A DNA stretch of 64,000 nucleotides from contig CASFZN010000018.1 of assembly GCA_949299195.1 (NCBI GenBank), positions 262,129 to 326,128 on the forward strand, in the 5' to 3' direction. Both the position numbers and the translations under genes were made by a program. The notes beneath the pieces are model-generated. The model was not told the origin of the DNA. It saw only the letters and a list, made by a program, of their open reading frames with translations, and did no database searches. Position 1 is the stretch's first letter. Each line of letters begins with the position of its first letter. This document shows positions 39,308 to 50,178 of this stretch, one piece after another. The stretch comes from an uncultured bacterium. Its GTDB lineage: Bacteria; Bacillota_I; Bacilli_A; RFN20; CAG-826.

Positions 39308-40804
39308 ATGTTAGAAATTAAAAATCTTGATATTTTTTTATATCCAAAATATTTAGTAAAAAATTTTACCTTATATATAAATAAAGGTGATAAAGTAGCA
39401 ATTATTGGCGAAGAAGGAAATGGAAAATCCACTCTTTTAAAGTGCTTAATTGAAACCCCTTCTCATCTTGAAGTTAAAGGTGAAATTAATTTAAAAGGAA
39501 ATAGGTTAGGTTATCTTCCGCAACAATTGGAAGAAAAGTATCTAAATTTTCGAGTTTTTGACTATTTATTTAAGAATGAAACCGATTATTTCAATAATAT
39601 AAATGAATTTTATAAATATCTTAACGAAGTTAATTTAAAAGATGAGGTTTTATATCAAGAATTTAAAACTTTATCTGGAGGAGAAAAAGTTAAGGTAATG
39701 ATTTTAAAACTACTACTTGAAGAAGTAGATATTTATCTTCTCGATGAACCAACTAACGATTTGGATTTATCCACTTTAATTTGGTTAGAAAATTTTATTA
39801 ATTCTACTAATAAACCAGTAATTTTTGTCTCTCACGATGAAACTTTATTATCAAATACTGCGAATATTATCGTACATTTAGAACAAGTTAAAAATAAAAG
39901 TGAATGTAGACACACCATTTTTAAAGGCGATTATGAATCTTACGTAAATTTAAGGTTGAGTCATATTGCACATCAAACTCAAATAGCAAATTTCGAAAGA
40001 AAAGAATTTCAAAAACGAAAAGAAAGACTTAATCGAATAATGCAAAAGGTAGAAAATCAACAAAATAATGCAGTTAGAGATCCCTCTTTAGGAAGACTAT
40101 TAAAAAAGAAGATGCACTCTTTAAAATCTCAAGAAAGAAAACTGGATAAAACCGAATTAACTGAAGTTCCTGCTGTTGAAGAAGTTATAAAGTTTTCATT
40201 CAAGGAGGTAAATATTCCTAATTCAAGAGTTATTTTAGATTTAGAAATACCATCATTAGAAGTAGATAACAAAAAAATAACTGATTCTATATCCTTATAT
40301 ATAAAAGGGAATGAACATATTGTAATTATTGGCGAGAATGGTGTTGGGAAAACAACTTTAATTAAAATTATTTATGATATCTTAAAAGATAAACCATTTA
40401 AAATTGGATATATGAGTCAAAACTATGATGAAATACTTAATAATTACGAATATCCTGTGGAATTTATTACTTCCTCAAAAAAGAAAGAGGATATTACAAA
40501 AGTGCGACAATATCTTGGAAATATGAATTTTACAAGTGAAGAAATGAGCGGAAAAATTAAAGATTTAAGTAATGGCAGTAAAGCTAAACTTATCTTAACT
40601 AAATTGGTGTTGACTAAATCTGAAATTTTAATTTTGGATGAACCTACAAGGAATGTTAGCCCTTTGTCGAATCCAACTATTAGGAAAGTTTTAGCTTCTT
40701 TTAATGGTCCAATAATTTCTATAAGTCATGATAGAAAATATATAGAAGAAGTTGCCGACAAAGTTTATGTATTAACAAAAAACGGCTTAAATGAAATAAA
40801 ATAG
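39308..40804 (+). CDS. ABC-F family ribosome-associated ATPase
   Basis: Two NBDs (GEEGNGKST/LSGGE/DEPTN and GENGVGKT/LSNGS/DEPTR), SHD motifs, GDYESY linker, no TM. Confidence 0.88.
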   Translation: MLEIKNLDIFLYPKYLVKNFTLYINKGDKVAIIGEEGNGKSTLLKCLIETPSHLEVKGEINLKGNRLGYLPQQLEEKYLNFRVFDYLFKNETDYFNNINEFYKYLNEVNLKDEVLYQEFKTLSGGEKVKVMILKLLLEEVDIYLLDEPTNDLDLSTLIWLENFINSTNKPVIFVSHDETLLSNTANIIVHLEQVKNKSECRHTIFKGDYESYVNLRLSHIAHQTQIANFERKEFQKRKERLNRIMQKVENQQNNAVRDPSLGRLLKKKMHSLKSQERKLDKTELTEVPAVEEVIKFSFKEVNIPNSRVILDLEIPSLEVDNKKITDSISLYIKGNEHIVIIGENGVGKTTLIKIIYDILKDKPFKIGYMSQNYDEILNNYEYPVEFITSSKKKEDITKVRQYLGNMNFTSEEMSGKIKDLSNGSKAKLILTKLVLTKSEILILDEPTRNVSPLSNPTIRKVLASFNGPIISISHDRKYIEEVADKVYVLTKNGLNEIK

Positions 40805-40873
40805 TATGTATAAGAAAATAGTAAAAATTCTTATTCCTATTATTTAAAAGAATTTATCGCATTTTTAAGAATT

Positions 40874-41353
40874 ATGAAAAAGATAACCTTTTTTGAATCC
40901 GAAGTCGGAAAAATAAAACTAACAAGTGATGAGCACTCACTTTTAGAATGTAACTTTGTAGAAACTATAAATGAAGATGAAGTATTAGAAGAAAACGAGC
41001 TACTTTCTAAAGCAAAGAAAGAATTGGAAGAATATTTTCTTGGAAAAAGAACAACTTTTAATATCCCTTTAGATATAAAAGGCACAAAATACCAAAAAAT
41101 AGTATGGAATAAAATTTTAGAAATTCCTTATGGCGAAATTAAAACTTATAAAGAAATAGGAGAAGAAGTCAAAAAGGAGTTAGGACTAAAAAATATATCC
41201 TATAGAGCAATTGGAAAAGCTGTTGGAAGTAACAAACTTTTAATATTTATTCCGTGTCATCGAGTCGTTTATAAAGATAAATCTAAAAAAGAAATGTATA
41301 AAGCCGGGCCAGAAATAAAAAAATACCTATTAGATTTAGAATCAAGTAGGTAA
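40874..41353 (+). CDS. ogt: Methylated-DNA-protein cysteine methyltransferase
   Basis: IPYGEIKTY, RAIG.AVG.N, IPCHRV. Confidence 0.92.
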   Translation: MKKITFFESEVGKIKLTSDEHSLLECNFVETINEDEVLEENELLSKAKKELEEYFLGKRTTFNIPLDIKGTKYQKIVWNKILEIPYGEIKTYKEIGEEVKKELGLKNISYRAIGKAVGSNKLLIFIPCHRVVYKDKSKKEMYKAGPEIKKYLLDLESSR

Positions 41354-41384
41354 AAATGTCGATAAAATTATTTAAATAGTGAGC

Positions 41385-41438
41385 AAAAGAAAAAGGGTCG
41401 CTAGGGGTATTGGAGTATATAGGTATTTTTGCGACCCT
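41385..41438 (-). terminator. Terminator with unusually large C-rich loop
   Basis: AGGGTCGC / GCGACCCT stem, 29-nt loop, U-tract on minus strand after the anti-sigma gene. Confidence 0.6.
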
Positions 41439-41452
41439 ATAATCTTATTTAT

Positions 41453-42211
41453 CTAGAATGAATCATCAATGTTCTTGAGAAATAGATTCATATTAGAACT
41501 AGGGAGGCTATCAACTTCGATATTGTATTGATAGCCAGTATATTTAAAGAAGACCAAGGAACGATCGATCTCTTTTTTGATGTGGAATGTTATTTTATCA
41601 AAGCTTAGTTTTTCTTGAGCTTCGGTATATTCATCTAAGTCGCTGATTGTACAATAATCGTGACCGACATAGAGATTAACATCTGGATCAAATTGAGATT
41701 CGTAGTTTAAGAAGTAAAGTATAGGTTTTGTAGCGTCAACCTTATCTGATATAGTTTCTTTTGGATAATATTCACGATATTCCCTGACATTTTCCTTCTC
41801 TACGAATGGAATAAAATCAAGATGTTCGAAATTATTTGGCTGTGCTACTTTTAAGTCCGATATGCTAAATGAAGTACTGCCATCTCCGTTTCCTCCGGTT
41901 TCGCCTTGAGGTCCGTGTTCTCCGAACGATGTTTGGAATGATGGAGTAAGGAATGCGACACACAATATAACAGCACTAGCAAGAGCGAGAGGAGAAAAGA
42001 TTTTAACAAAGAAAGAAAAGGTAAATTTCGGTTTTGTGGTTTTTTCAGAACTCAAGCAAGGAGACAATGAATTCTGTTTAGTAGGCAAATCACCTTCGGA
42101 GTGTTTTAAAAGAAGCTTCGCCCTAGATGTAACGTCTTTTCGAGGGCTTTCGCTGTTTGTAATATATTCGTTAAATATGTCGTTGAGTTGTTCATCTTTC
42201 TTATTCTTCAT
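41453..42211 (-). CDS. Putative single-TM anti-sigma factor
   Basis: Directly downstream of ECF sigma; cytoplasmic N-terminus, one TM (ALASAVILCVAF), short Gly-X-Y run GEHGPQGETGGNG. Confidence 0.65.
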   Translation of the reverse strand: MKNKKDEQLNDIFNEYITNSESPRKDVTSRAKLLLKHSEGDLPTKQNSLSPCLSSEKTTKPKFTFSFFVKIFSPLALASAVILCVAFLTPSFQTSFGEHGPQGETGGNGDGSTSFSISDLKVAQPNNFEHLDFIPFVEKENVREYREYYPKETISDKVDATKPILYFLNYESQFDPDVNLYVGHDYCTISDLDEYTEAQEKLSFDKITFHIKKEIDRSLVFFKYTGYQYNIEVDSLPSSNMNLFLKNIDDSF

Positions 42212-42243
42212 ATTTCTCCTCTACCTATAAAACAATTTTAGGT

Positions 42244-42804
42244 TTAATTTTGTCCATAATTTTTAAATTTATTTTTTAAATCTTCTTCAGCTTTTTTAAT
42301 TTCTTTAGCAACATAGGATTTAGACTTATGTAGTTCTTTAGCTATATCTCTAACATTCATGTCTAAAAAATACTTCATATAGATCATTTCTTTTATAATA
42401 GGAGGATGTAAAGAGTTCATAATTTCTTCGACCACTATCATATTTTGTGTTTTCTCATTAAAAGAAGAAGAGTCACTACTTAATACATCGAATTCATCAT
42501 ATGAAAATTCAGTGTTTTCTAATTTATTTTTAGTGTTTAAAGAATTTAAAGCGGTATTTCTAACGATTTGGATAACCCAGGCATAGCCGTTACTACCTTT
42601 TTTATATTTAGAAATATTATTAACAACCTTTATAAAAGATTCTTGAACGATGTCTTCGGCTAAAAAGGAGTCTTTAACAATTCCTTTAGCTACGATTAAC
42701 ATTGCCTTGCTCATAGCTATAAATAGGATATTGACTCCTCTATCATTGCCTTCTTTAATTAGGGTTAAACCTTCTTCAACTTTCTCGTAAACATCCTTTT
42801 TCAT
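42244..42804 (-). CDS. ECF RNA polymerase sigma factor
   Basis: AEDIVQESFIKV, WVIQIVRNTALN (region 2), MNVRDIAKEL (region 4). Confidence 0.9.
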   Translation of the reverse strand: MKKDVYEKVEEGLTLIKEGNDRGVNILFIAMSKAMLIVAKGIVKDSFLAEDIVQESFIKVVNNISKYKKGSNGYAWVIQIVRNTALNSLNTKNKLENTEFSYDEFDVLSSDSSSFNEKTQNMIVVEEIMNSLHPPIIKEMIYMKYFLDMNVRDIAKELHKSKSYVAKEIKKAEEDLKNKFKNYGQN

Positions 42805-42995
42805 ATTTAAGAATTGTATTTATTTTTCCACTAATTAACCTTTTTAACAAGTAATTTATAGTCTGTGCCTTTTTATATAATTACAACCTTATTAAAAGAG
42901 TATTTATTAAAATTGTCCTTATTTATATAATATAGGTATAAAATTTTAAAAAATTGTCACCATTAAAATAATTGTTGCTTAAGGAGGGATAGAAA

Positions 42996-43931
42996 ATGAC
43001 TGATTTTGAATCCAAATTAAGGCTACTTTATCTATTAATTGATAGAATTCCTGAATATGTAAGTGCTAATGAATTAGGTGAAAAGCTTAATGTTTCGCCA
43101 AGAACTATTAAAAGATATGCTAAATCATTAAAAGATATTGGTTTAGTTGATGTGAGAAACGGAAGTAAAGGCGGGTATGCTTTTGATGGGAAAAAGAGTG
43201 AGATTCTTCCTTTTTGTTTTAGTGGAACCTATGAAACAATATTAGCCAACCTTTCAATTGTTAATAATTCAGTTATAGATAGGATTAATCAAATAAATGT
43301 TAATCGCACTCAGATGCATAAAGATTTGATGCTTACTTCAAATGCTATTTCTAATGATGATTTAGAGAAAATGGTTCCTTTTGCAATGGATATAATTGAA
43401 AAAAGACCGATTTATATCACATATTCAAGGTTTAATGAAAACGAAGATAAATTAGAAAAATTTGATATTTTTATTAAACCAATATGTTTCAAAATTTATG
43501 ATGGATTTATATATTTGTTTGCATATTATTATGATGATATTAGAGCATATGCTTTAAATAGAATTGAAAGAAGAGAAGATAAGGAAATACCTAAAAAATA
43601 TAATAAACCTTATGAGATTCTTCAAAAAGACGTTAATAAGATTAAAAATTTATCTGATCACGAAATTTATGGAAGCGATGAGTTGTTTGAGTTTAAAATA
43701 TCAGTTAAACGCATTGTATATAATAGGTTAAAGAAGTGTTTTAAAAGAGATATTTATATTGACTATAATCGTAAAACCTCCGTTATTTCTATTAAAACAA
43801 GATCCTATAAAGAGACGGCGTCTTTATTATTATCGTGTGGACCAAATATTAGTTTCTTAGTTAAAAAAGACAATCCAGTTTACACCGAATATAAGGCATT
43901 TTTAGATGAAATGTATAAAAACAATTTATAG
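42996..43931 (+). CDS. HTH-WYL(-WCX) transcriptional regulator
   Basis: ANELGEKLNVSPRTIKRY..G.KGGY wHTH; ITY, IKP..F, FIYL.AY, IRAYALNRI WYL core. Confidence 0.82.
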   Translation: MTDFESKLRLLYLLIDRIPEYVSANELGEKLNVSPRTIKRYAKSLKDIGLVDVRNGSKGGYAFDGKKSEILPFCFSGTYETILANLSIVNNSVIDRINQINVNRTQMHKDLMLTSNAISNDDLEKMVPFAMDIIEKRPIYITYSRFNENEDKLEKFDIFIKPICFKIYDGFIYLFAYYYDDIRAYALNRIERREDKEIPKKYNKPYEILQKDVNKIKNLSDHEIYGSDELFEFKISVKRIVYNRLKKCFKRDIYIDYNRKTSVISIKTRSYKETASLLLSCGPNISFLVKKDNPVYTEYKAFLDEMYKNNL

Positions 43932-43934
43932 AAA

Positions 43935-43950
43935 GTTTCCACGTGGAAAC
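43935..43950. repeat. parS-like palindrome copy 7
   Basis: Perfect, 3 nt after the WYL stop. Confidence 0.88.
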
Positions 43951-44308
43951 TTTTTAAAACTTACTAAGGTTTAAAAATAGGTTAATTAACACTTTCGTTT
44001 TTATTGAAATATTTATTTATATTCTTTGTAATCTTCTTTGGAATATTCCGATTTGTAGCCCGTATAAATTTGAATACTATCGTAAAATTAGACTAGAAAG
44101 CGAGAGATATAAAAAAAGAAGAAGCAAAAGCAGGAGCTGAATAATTTGCTCTTTTGAAAAAGATAGTTTGGTAAAAATTATGATTTTTTTAGAGAAAACA
44201 GTAGTCTTTAAACTTAGAAAAAGGCGACAAAAAATCTTTATATTTTTATTTATAAACGTGTTCTAATTTAGTAGAATATTTGTGGTCTTATATAAGGAGA
44301 AATTATAA

Positions 44309-45607
<1,299 letters not shown>

Positions 45608-45637
45608 TCAATAAATCTATATCTTAAATTAGTATTT

Positions 45638-45672
45638 AAAAAGACCATCAAGCTATCTTAGATGGTCTTTTT
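45638..45672 (+). terminator. Intrinsic terminator after eno
   Basis: AAAAAGACCATC...GATGGTCTTTTT. Confidence 0.75.
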
Positions 45673-45738
45673 ATATGGTTACTATTTTATTGATTTTTAG
45701 TTAATATAATTCCCTTTTAATGATATACTTTTGGTCAT

Positions 45739-46398
45739 ATGAGTGTTTCAAAAGGCGAATTTAATAGAAGATTCTTAGATTTTGCAGGTATAACAACTTT
45801 AATTATGGCCATTTTTTATATAGCTAAAGCTTGTTTAACCTTCTTTTTAAATATAAATACCACAGATTTAGTAACTGAGATTACTGCAGTTTCTTTTTAT
45901 ATTGTTTTATATTTATTAGTATCAATATTTTATTTTTTAAGTAGAAATAGAACTAAAATTTATGCTCTTATCGCATCAACGATTTTATTAGTTATTCTAT
46001 TTTTGATTCCTTTTGTTATGAGTTTAGTAGGATATTTTAATCGACTTGTAGCGGGTGAATTTGACGTTTTATTAGATATATTAAATGTTAATGTTCCTCT
46101 AATTTTAGGAGTTACATATTTAATATTTTTAATTCTTAATTTTAATCATTATAAAAAAGAATATTTGGTTGTTCTTAAAATTTTAGGCGTAATAATCGGA
46201 ATTATTTTAATTTCTGGTGATCTAAGCGCATTAATAAAGGGAGTATTAAGTTATATTGAATCTATTGGGAATTTAAGTGTAACGCTTAATACTACTGTTA
46301 GTTTTATATTGACAACTATTGAATCATCTTTATCGACATTAATCGCATTAATTATTACTCTTTTACCTTTTTATTTAGATAGAAAGCATGTAAATTAA
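45739..46398 (+). CDS. Uncharacterised ~6-TM membrane protein (paralogue A)
   Basis: Hydrophobic throughout; LKILGVIIGII and PFYLD shared with next gene. Confidence 0.75.
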   Translation: MSVSKGEFNRRFLDFAGITTLIMAIFYIAKACLTFFLNINTTDLVTEITAVSFYIVLYLLVSIFYFLSRNRTKIYALIASTILLVILFLIPFVMSLVGYFNRLVAGEFDVLLDILNVNVPLILGVTYLIFLILNFNHYKKEYLVVLKILGVIIGIILISGDLSALIKGVLSYIESIGNLSVTLNTTVSFILTTIESSLSTLIALIITLLPFYLDRKHVN

Positions 46399-46432
46399 TG
46401 GTATAATCTTTAAATATTTAGGATGTAGTTTT

Positions 46433-47089
46433 ATGGATAGAAAATTAAATCGAACTGAATTAAAAGGAGCATTCTTAACAACTAGCGCTGTAGTTTGTCT
46501 TGCGATGATTCTTGTTAACATTGTTAGTATCGTCATCATGATGATGAGAGGACAAGGAAGTTTTAATATTTTTGATATTATCTTTTTAGGAATTGATGTT
46601 GTATTTTATTGTTTTGTTGCATCTCAATTTTATAAAGCGAGAACATCTAATAATTATGGTTTTGCATTATATGCAGTCTTATCTTTAGCGTTAGTTGAAT
46701 ACGTAATTCCAGCAATTATGTTCTTTATTCAAGGTATCTTTGTTTTAGATATAATTACCACTATTTTAGCAATAGTTATGGGGTTAGGCGTTGGTTTAGC
46801 ATACGGAATTATTTTAATTATTGAAGCTAGAAATCATAAAAAAGGATTGATTACCGCTTTAAAAGTTTTAGGAATTATCTTAGGAGTTATTGGCTTATTT
46901 TCAATTATTAGTGGATTTACTTATATGGGAATGGAATTAACTCAGTATTTTTTAATGGGAGGAACTTTAACTACTTTAGATACTTTAGCCTATGTTATGG
47001 AAGGTGTTGCAATGATCGTTTCTTTCCTCTTTACTCTTATTTTCTCAATCTTCCCTTTCTATTTAGATGATGAAAGAAAATATAATTAA
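46433..47089 (+). CDS. Uncharacterised ~6-TM membrane protein (paralogue B)
   Basis: Same length and topology as previous gene; LKVLGIILGVI and PFYLD. Confidence 0.78.
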   Translation: MDRKLNRTELKGAFLTTSAVVCLAMILVNIVSIVIMMMRGQGSFNIFDIIFLGIDVVFYCFVASQFYKARTSNNYGFALYAVLSLALVEYVIPAIMFFIQGIFVLDIITTILAIVMGLGVGLAYGIILIIEARNHKKGLITALKVLGIILGVIGLFSIISGFTYMGMELTQYFLMGGTLTTLDTLAYVMEGVAMIVSFLFTLIFSIFPFYLDDERKYN

Positions 47090-47124
47090 TTAAAATAATA
47101 ATTCGATATTTATCAAATAAAAAG

Positions 47125-47140
47125 GTTTCCACGTGGAAAC
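47125..47140. repeat. parS-like palindrome copy 8
   Basis: Perfect, between convergent stops. Confidence 0.88.
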
Positions 47141-47151
47141 TTTTATTATTT

Positions 47152-47484
47152 TTAACATATCGAATTAAATAGATCTTCATTATCAATATCAATAATATTT
47201 TTTAAAGGAAGATAGAAGGATGTGAAGTATACTATTTTCTTATTTATATCGATTGATACGATCTTGTCTTTAAGGCGATATAAATAACCATCATAATAAA
47301 TTAAGATATTTAAAGGAGTTTTATAATCATATTCTTTTAAAATCTTATCAATTTTACGAGTATGTTCGTTAAAAACTAATGGTTTATCAATCTTATATTT
47401 ATCATAAATCATTCTTTCTAAGATCTTACCTTGTTCTACTAAACTAGAAAAAGGTAACCATTTCTTCATTCCTCTTTCTTTCAT
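47152..47484 (-). CDS. YolD-like protein
   Basis: ERGMKKWLPFSSL.EQ, KP, I.YY.DG, I..ID, L..IIDI. Confidence 0.85.
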   Translation of the reverse strand: MKERGMKKWLPFSSLVEQGKILERMIYDKYKIDKPLVFNEHTRKIDKILKEYDYKTPLNILIYYDGYLYRLKDKIVSIDINKKIVYFTSFYLPLKNIIDIDNEDLFNSIC

Positions 47485-47555
47485 AAATCAAGTATTATTA
47501 TAAAGGTATATTTCTTTTTATTTAAGTTTTTAAGGATTATAATTTTAAAGGTTAA

Positions 47556-49019
47556 TTGGATATGGATGAGTTTAAAAAATTAGAGATAGAAAAAGTAATA
47601 GAATATAAAGACTTAATATATAAAAATAATCGAGAACTATGCGATAATTCACTTGGAGTCATCTATGGATATAATGATTATTTTAACTTTCTTTATAGTA
47701 TAGATGAAAAAAGAAACATCTTTTATTTAAAAGGAGAATATGATTCTAAAAAGTATTCATATTATCTACCTTTTTTAGATAATATGAATTATTTAGATTA
47801 TTCACTAAAATATATTGAAAATATGGCACTATTAGAAAAAGAAGAACCTTTAACTTTTTGTTGTGTTAGAAATTCGCTCTTGCCTTATTTAACAAGTAGA
47901 TATCCAAATAATGAAGTTTATTATGAACGTGATTGGAGTGATTATTTATATTTTTTAAATGATTTAAAAGATTTTAAAGGTAATAAATTTTCTTCTAAAA
48001 GACATCAAAAGAATAATTTCATCAAACTTTACCCTCATATTATTTTTAAAAAAGTAGAGAACAACGAAATAAATGAAGAATTAATTTTAAAAATTAAAGA
48101 CTTTGTAATTTATTTTGAATCTAAAAAGAACCTATCTAAAATTGGGGAATTAGAAGAAAACGCAACTTTAAAATTAATACATAAAATTAAAGATTTTAAT
48201 TTAGATTTATTTCTCCTTTTAGATGAAAATAAAATCATTGGAGTTTCAGTAATAGAAAAAGTAAACAATGTTGTTATTGAACATATCGAAAAATGTCACC
48301 GCATGGAATATAAAGGAATTTATCCCTATTTTATTCATAAAATAACAAGTTATTATGCGGAAAAATATAGTAATGAAACACTATATCTAAATAGGGAAGA
48401 CGATTCAGGAGATGAAGGATTAAGATATTCAAAAATTGAGCTTCATCCAATTGAATTAGTGCATAAATATGTATTTAAAGTAATGAATAATCTTAACTTT
48501 TTAGATTCTATTCCTGAAATTATAATTAATGAAGATTACATGATTAAAAATTTAGAAATAAAAGATAAAGAGAGATATAAAAAACTCGTAGATGATAAAG
48601 AAATTAATAAATATTTTTATTTAGTAGATGAAGTAGTTCCTTCTTTCGATTCCCATACTTTATATAACAATTTAATTAATAGTTTAAAGAAAAAAGAATC
48701 TTATTCCTTCTTTATATATAAAAAGAATAAGGAAAATAACGGTTCAAACTCGTTAGTAGGCGAAATTATTTTATGGAATCTTACTAATGATAATAAGTGT
48801 GAAATAGGAATAAGAATATTTAATGAATATAGTGGCAAAAATATTGCATATTTAGCATTAAACTCTCTATTTTCGTATATAAAAAAGAATTTTAATCTAA
48901 CAAAGATTAAAATTCGTTATTATAAAGAAAATAGTAGAAGTGAAAAACTATTCTCAAGATTTAATATAGAGTTTATTAAAGAAGATAAAATCTATAAATA
49001 TTATGAATTAAGCTTATAA
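47556..49019 (+). CDS. DUF2156 (aminoacyl-PG-transferase-like domain) fused to RimJ-type GNAT; start may be ATG 47562
   Basis: RDWSDYLY...L..FKG.KFSSKR...N.F, HIEK, NREDDSGDEGLRYSK; C-terminal EIGIRI..EYSGKNIA..N.RS.KL. Confidence 0.78.
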   Translation: MDMDEFKKLEIEKVIEYKDLIYKNNRELCDNSLGVIYGYNDYFNFLYSIDEKRNIFYLKGEYDSKKYSYYLPFLDNMNYLDYSLKYIENMALLEKEEPLTFCCVRNSLLPYLTSRYPNNEVYYERDWSDYLYFLNDLKDFKGNKFSSKRHQKNNFIKLYPHIIFKKVENNEINEELILKIKDFVIYFESKKNLSKIGELEENATLKLIHKIKDFNLDLFLLLDENKIIGVSVIEKVNNVVIEHIEKCHRMEYKGIYPYFIHKITSYYAEKYSNETLYLNREDDSGDEGLRYSKIELHPIELVHKYVFKVMNNLNFLDSIPEIIINEDYMIKNLEIKDKERYKKLVDDKEINKYFYLVDEVVPSFDSHTLYNNLINSLKKKESYSFFIYKKNKENNGSNSLVGEIILWNLTNDNKCEIGIRIFNEYSGKNIAYLALNSLFSYIKKNFNLTKIKIRYYKENSRSEKLFSRFNIEFIKEDKIYKYYELSL

Positions 49020-49877
49020 AGTTTCAGAAACTGCAATAGCAATAACTCCAGGTCCGGTATGAACACTAACAACAAGTGAAAGTGGTGCAACATGGATATT
49101 ATCAAAACCTAATTCCTCTTTTACGGTTGGTAAAAACTCTAAAGCTTCTTCTTTATTATGTGAATAACATAAAGAAATGGAGAGCTTTTCTTTTGGAGTA
49201 TCTTTAAATTTAGTATTTAATTCTTTTTTAATTGCGTCTAAAAGTAAAACTCTTGCTTTTTTAGTGCCTAAAGCTTTTGCATAAGCATCTAATTTACCAC
49301 TAAATAAACATAAAATTGGTTTAATATGTAAAGCTCCTCCTAAAAGCGCAGCGGCAGGAGTAACTCTTCCACCTTTTTTAAGGAATTTAAGTGTATCAAC
49401 AATTACATAAATTGAAGCATTTGATGAGTTTTTTTCTAAGATTTCTTTGATTTCTTTAGCATCTTTTCCTTCATTAGCTAATTTAATAGCATCTTTAACA
49501 GCACATTTAAGTGTTGGCTCAATTCTATGATTATCAACAACATAAACCTTTCCTTTAAATTCATCTTGTTGAGATAAATTAATAGCGGTTTGAGTAGTAT
49601 AAGATAAACCACTACTCATAGGAATATGTACGATTTGATCGTATGTTTTCAATTTTTCTTCCCATAAACCCATAACTTCACCTGGTGAAGGTTGAGAAGT
49701 AGAAACGTTTCTATCACTATTTAAAATTTCAAAAAATTGATCTTCAGTGATATTTTCATCTTGGAAATATACTTCTCCATCGATGATCATTGGCATTCTT
49801 AATAAGGTAATGCCTAATTCTTTAGCTTCTTCTTTGGTGAAGCCAGCGTTATCGTCAGTTATAATACAAATTTTCAT
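49014..49877 (-). CDS. DegV/FakB fatty-acid-binding protein
   Basis: IITD, STSQPSPG, SSGLS, LKKGGR, IKPIL, HTGPG. Confidence 0.93.
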   Translation of the reverse strand: MKICIITDDNAGFTKEEAKELGITLLRMPMIIDGEVYFQDENITEDQFFEILNSDRNVSTSQPSPGEVMGLWEEKLKTYDQIVHIPMSSGLSYTTQTAINLSQQDEFKGKVYVVDNHRIEPTLKCAVKDAIKLANEGKDAKEIKEILEKNSSNASIYVIVDTLKFLKKGGRVTPAAALLGGALHIKPILCLFSGKLDAYAKALGTKKARVLLLDAIKKELNTKFKDTPKEKLSISLCYSHNKEEALEFLPTVKEELGFDNIHVAPLSLVVSVHTGPGVIAIAVSETL

Positions 49878-50014
49878 TTGATAGTTCCCCTTTAAATTGT
49901 CTAAAACGGAATAATTATAATAAATATCGATTTTTTTGAAAAGTTGATACTAAAAACTAGGAGTCGAGTATAAAAATTGGATGTTGTAGTTTTTAAAACT
50001 AGCAAATAAAAAAC

Positions 50015-50042
50015 TACTAGAAAACTACTAAAATTAGGTTTT
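50015..50042. repeat. 28-bp intergenic element, copy A
   Basis: TACTAGAAAACTACTAAAATTAGGTTTT; 26/28 identical to 58852-58879. Confidence 0.55.
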
Positions 50043-50178
50043 TTGTTATGATTGAAATTGATATTAAAAATATGTAAAAATAAAGTTACTTAAAAATTGG
50101 GCGAAAACGAAACAAAAACAACTATTTTTAATTGTTTTTGTTATTTAATTTTTAGTATAATCGACAAGGGAATTTCTT

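Noticed and set aside
44079..44230. Leu-rich short minus-strand frame between WYL and eno (type I toxin-like)
   Set aside because: No start codon or RBS found in that frame
39139..44308. Integrated island at the tmRNA 3' end
   Set aside because: Accessory-looking genes follow, but no integrase or duplicated ssrA 3' end was found
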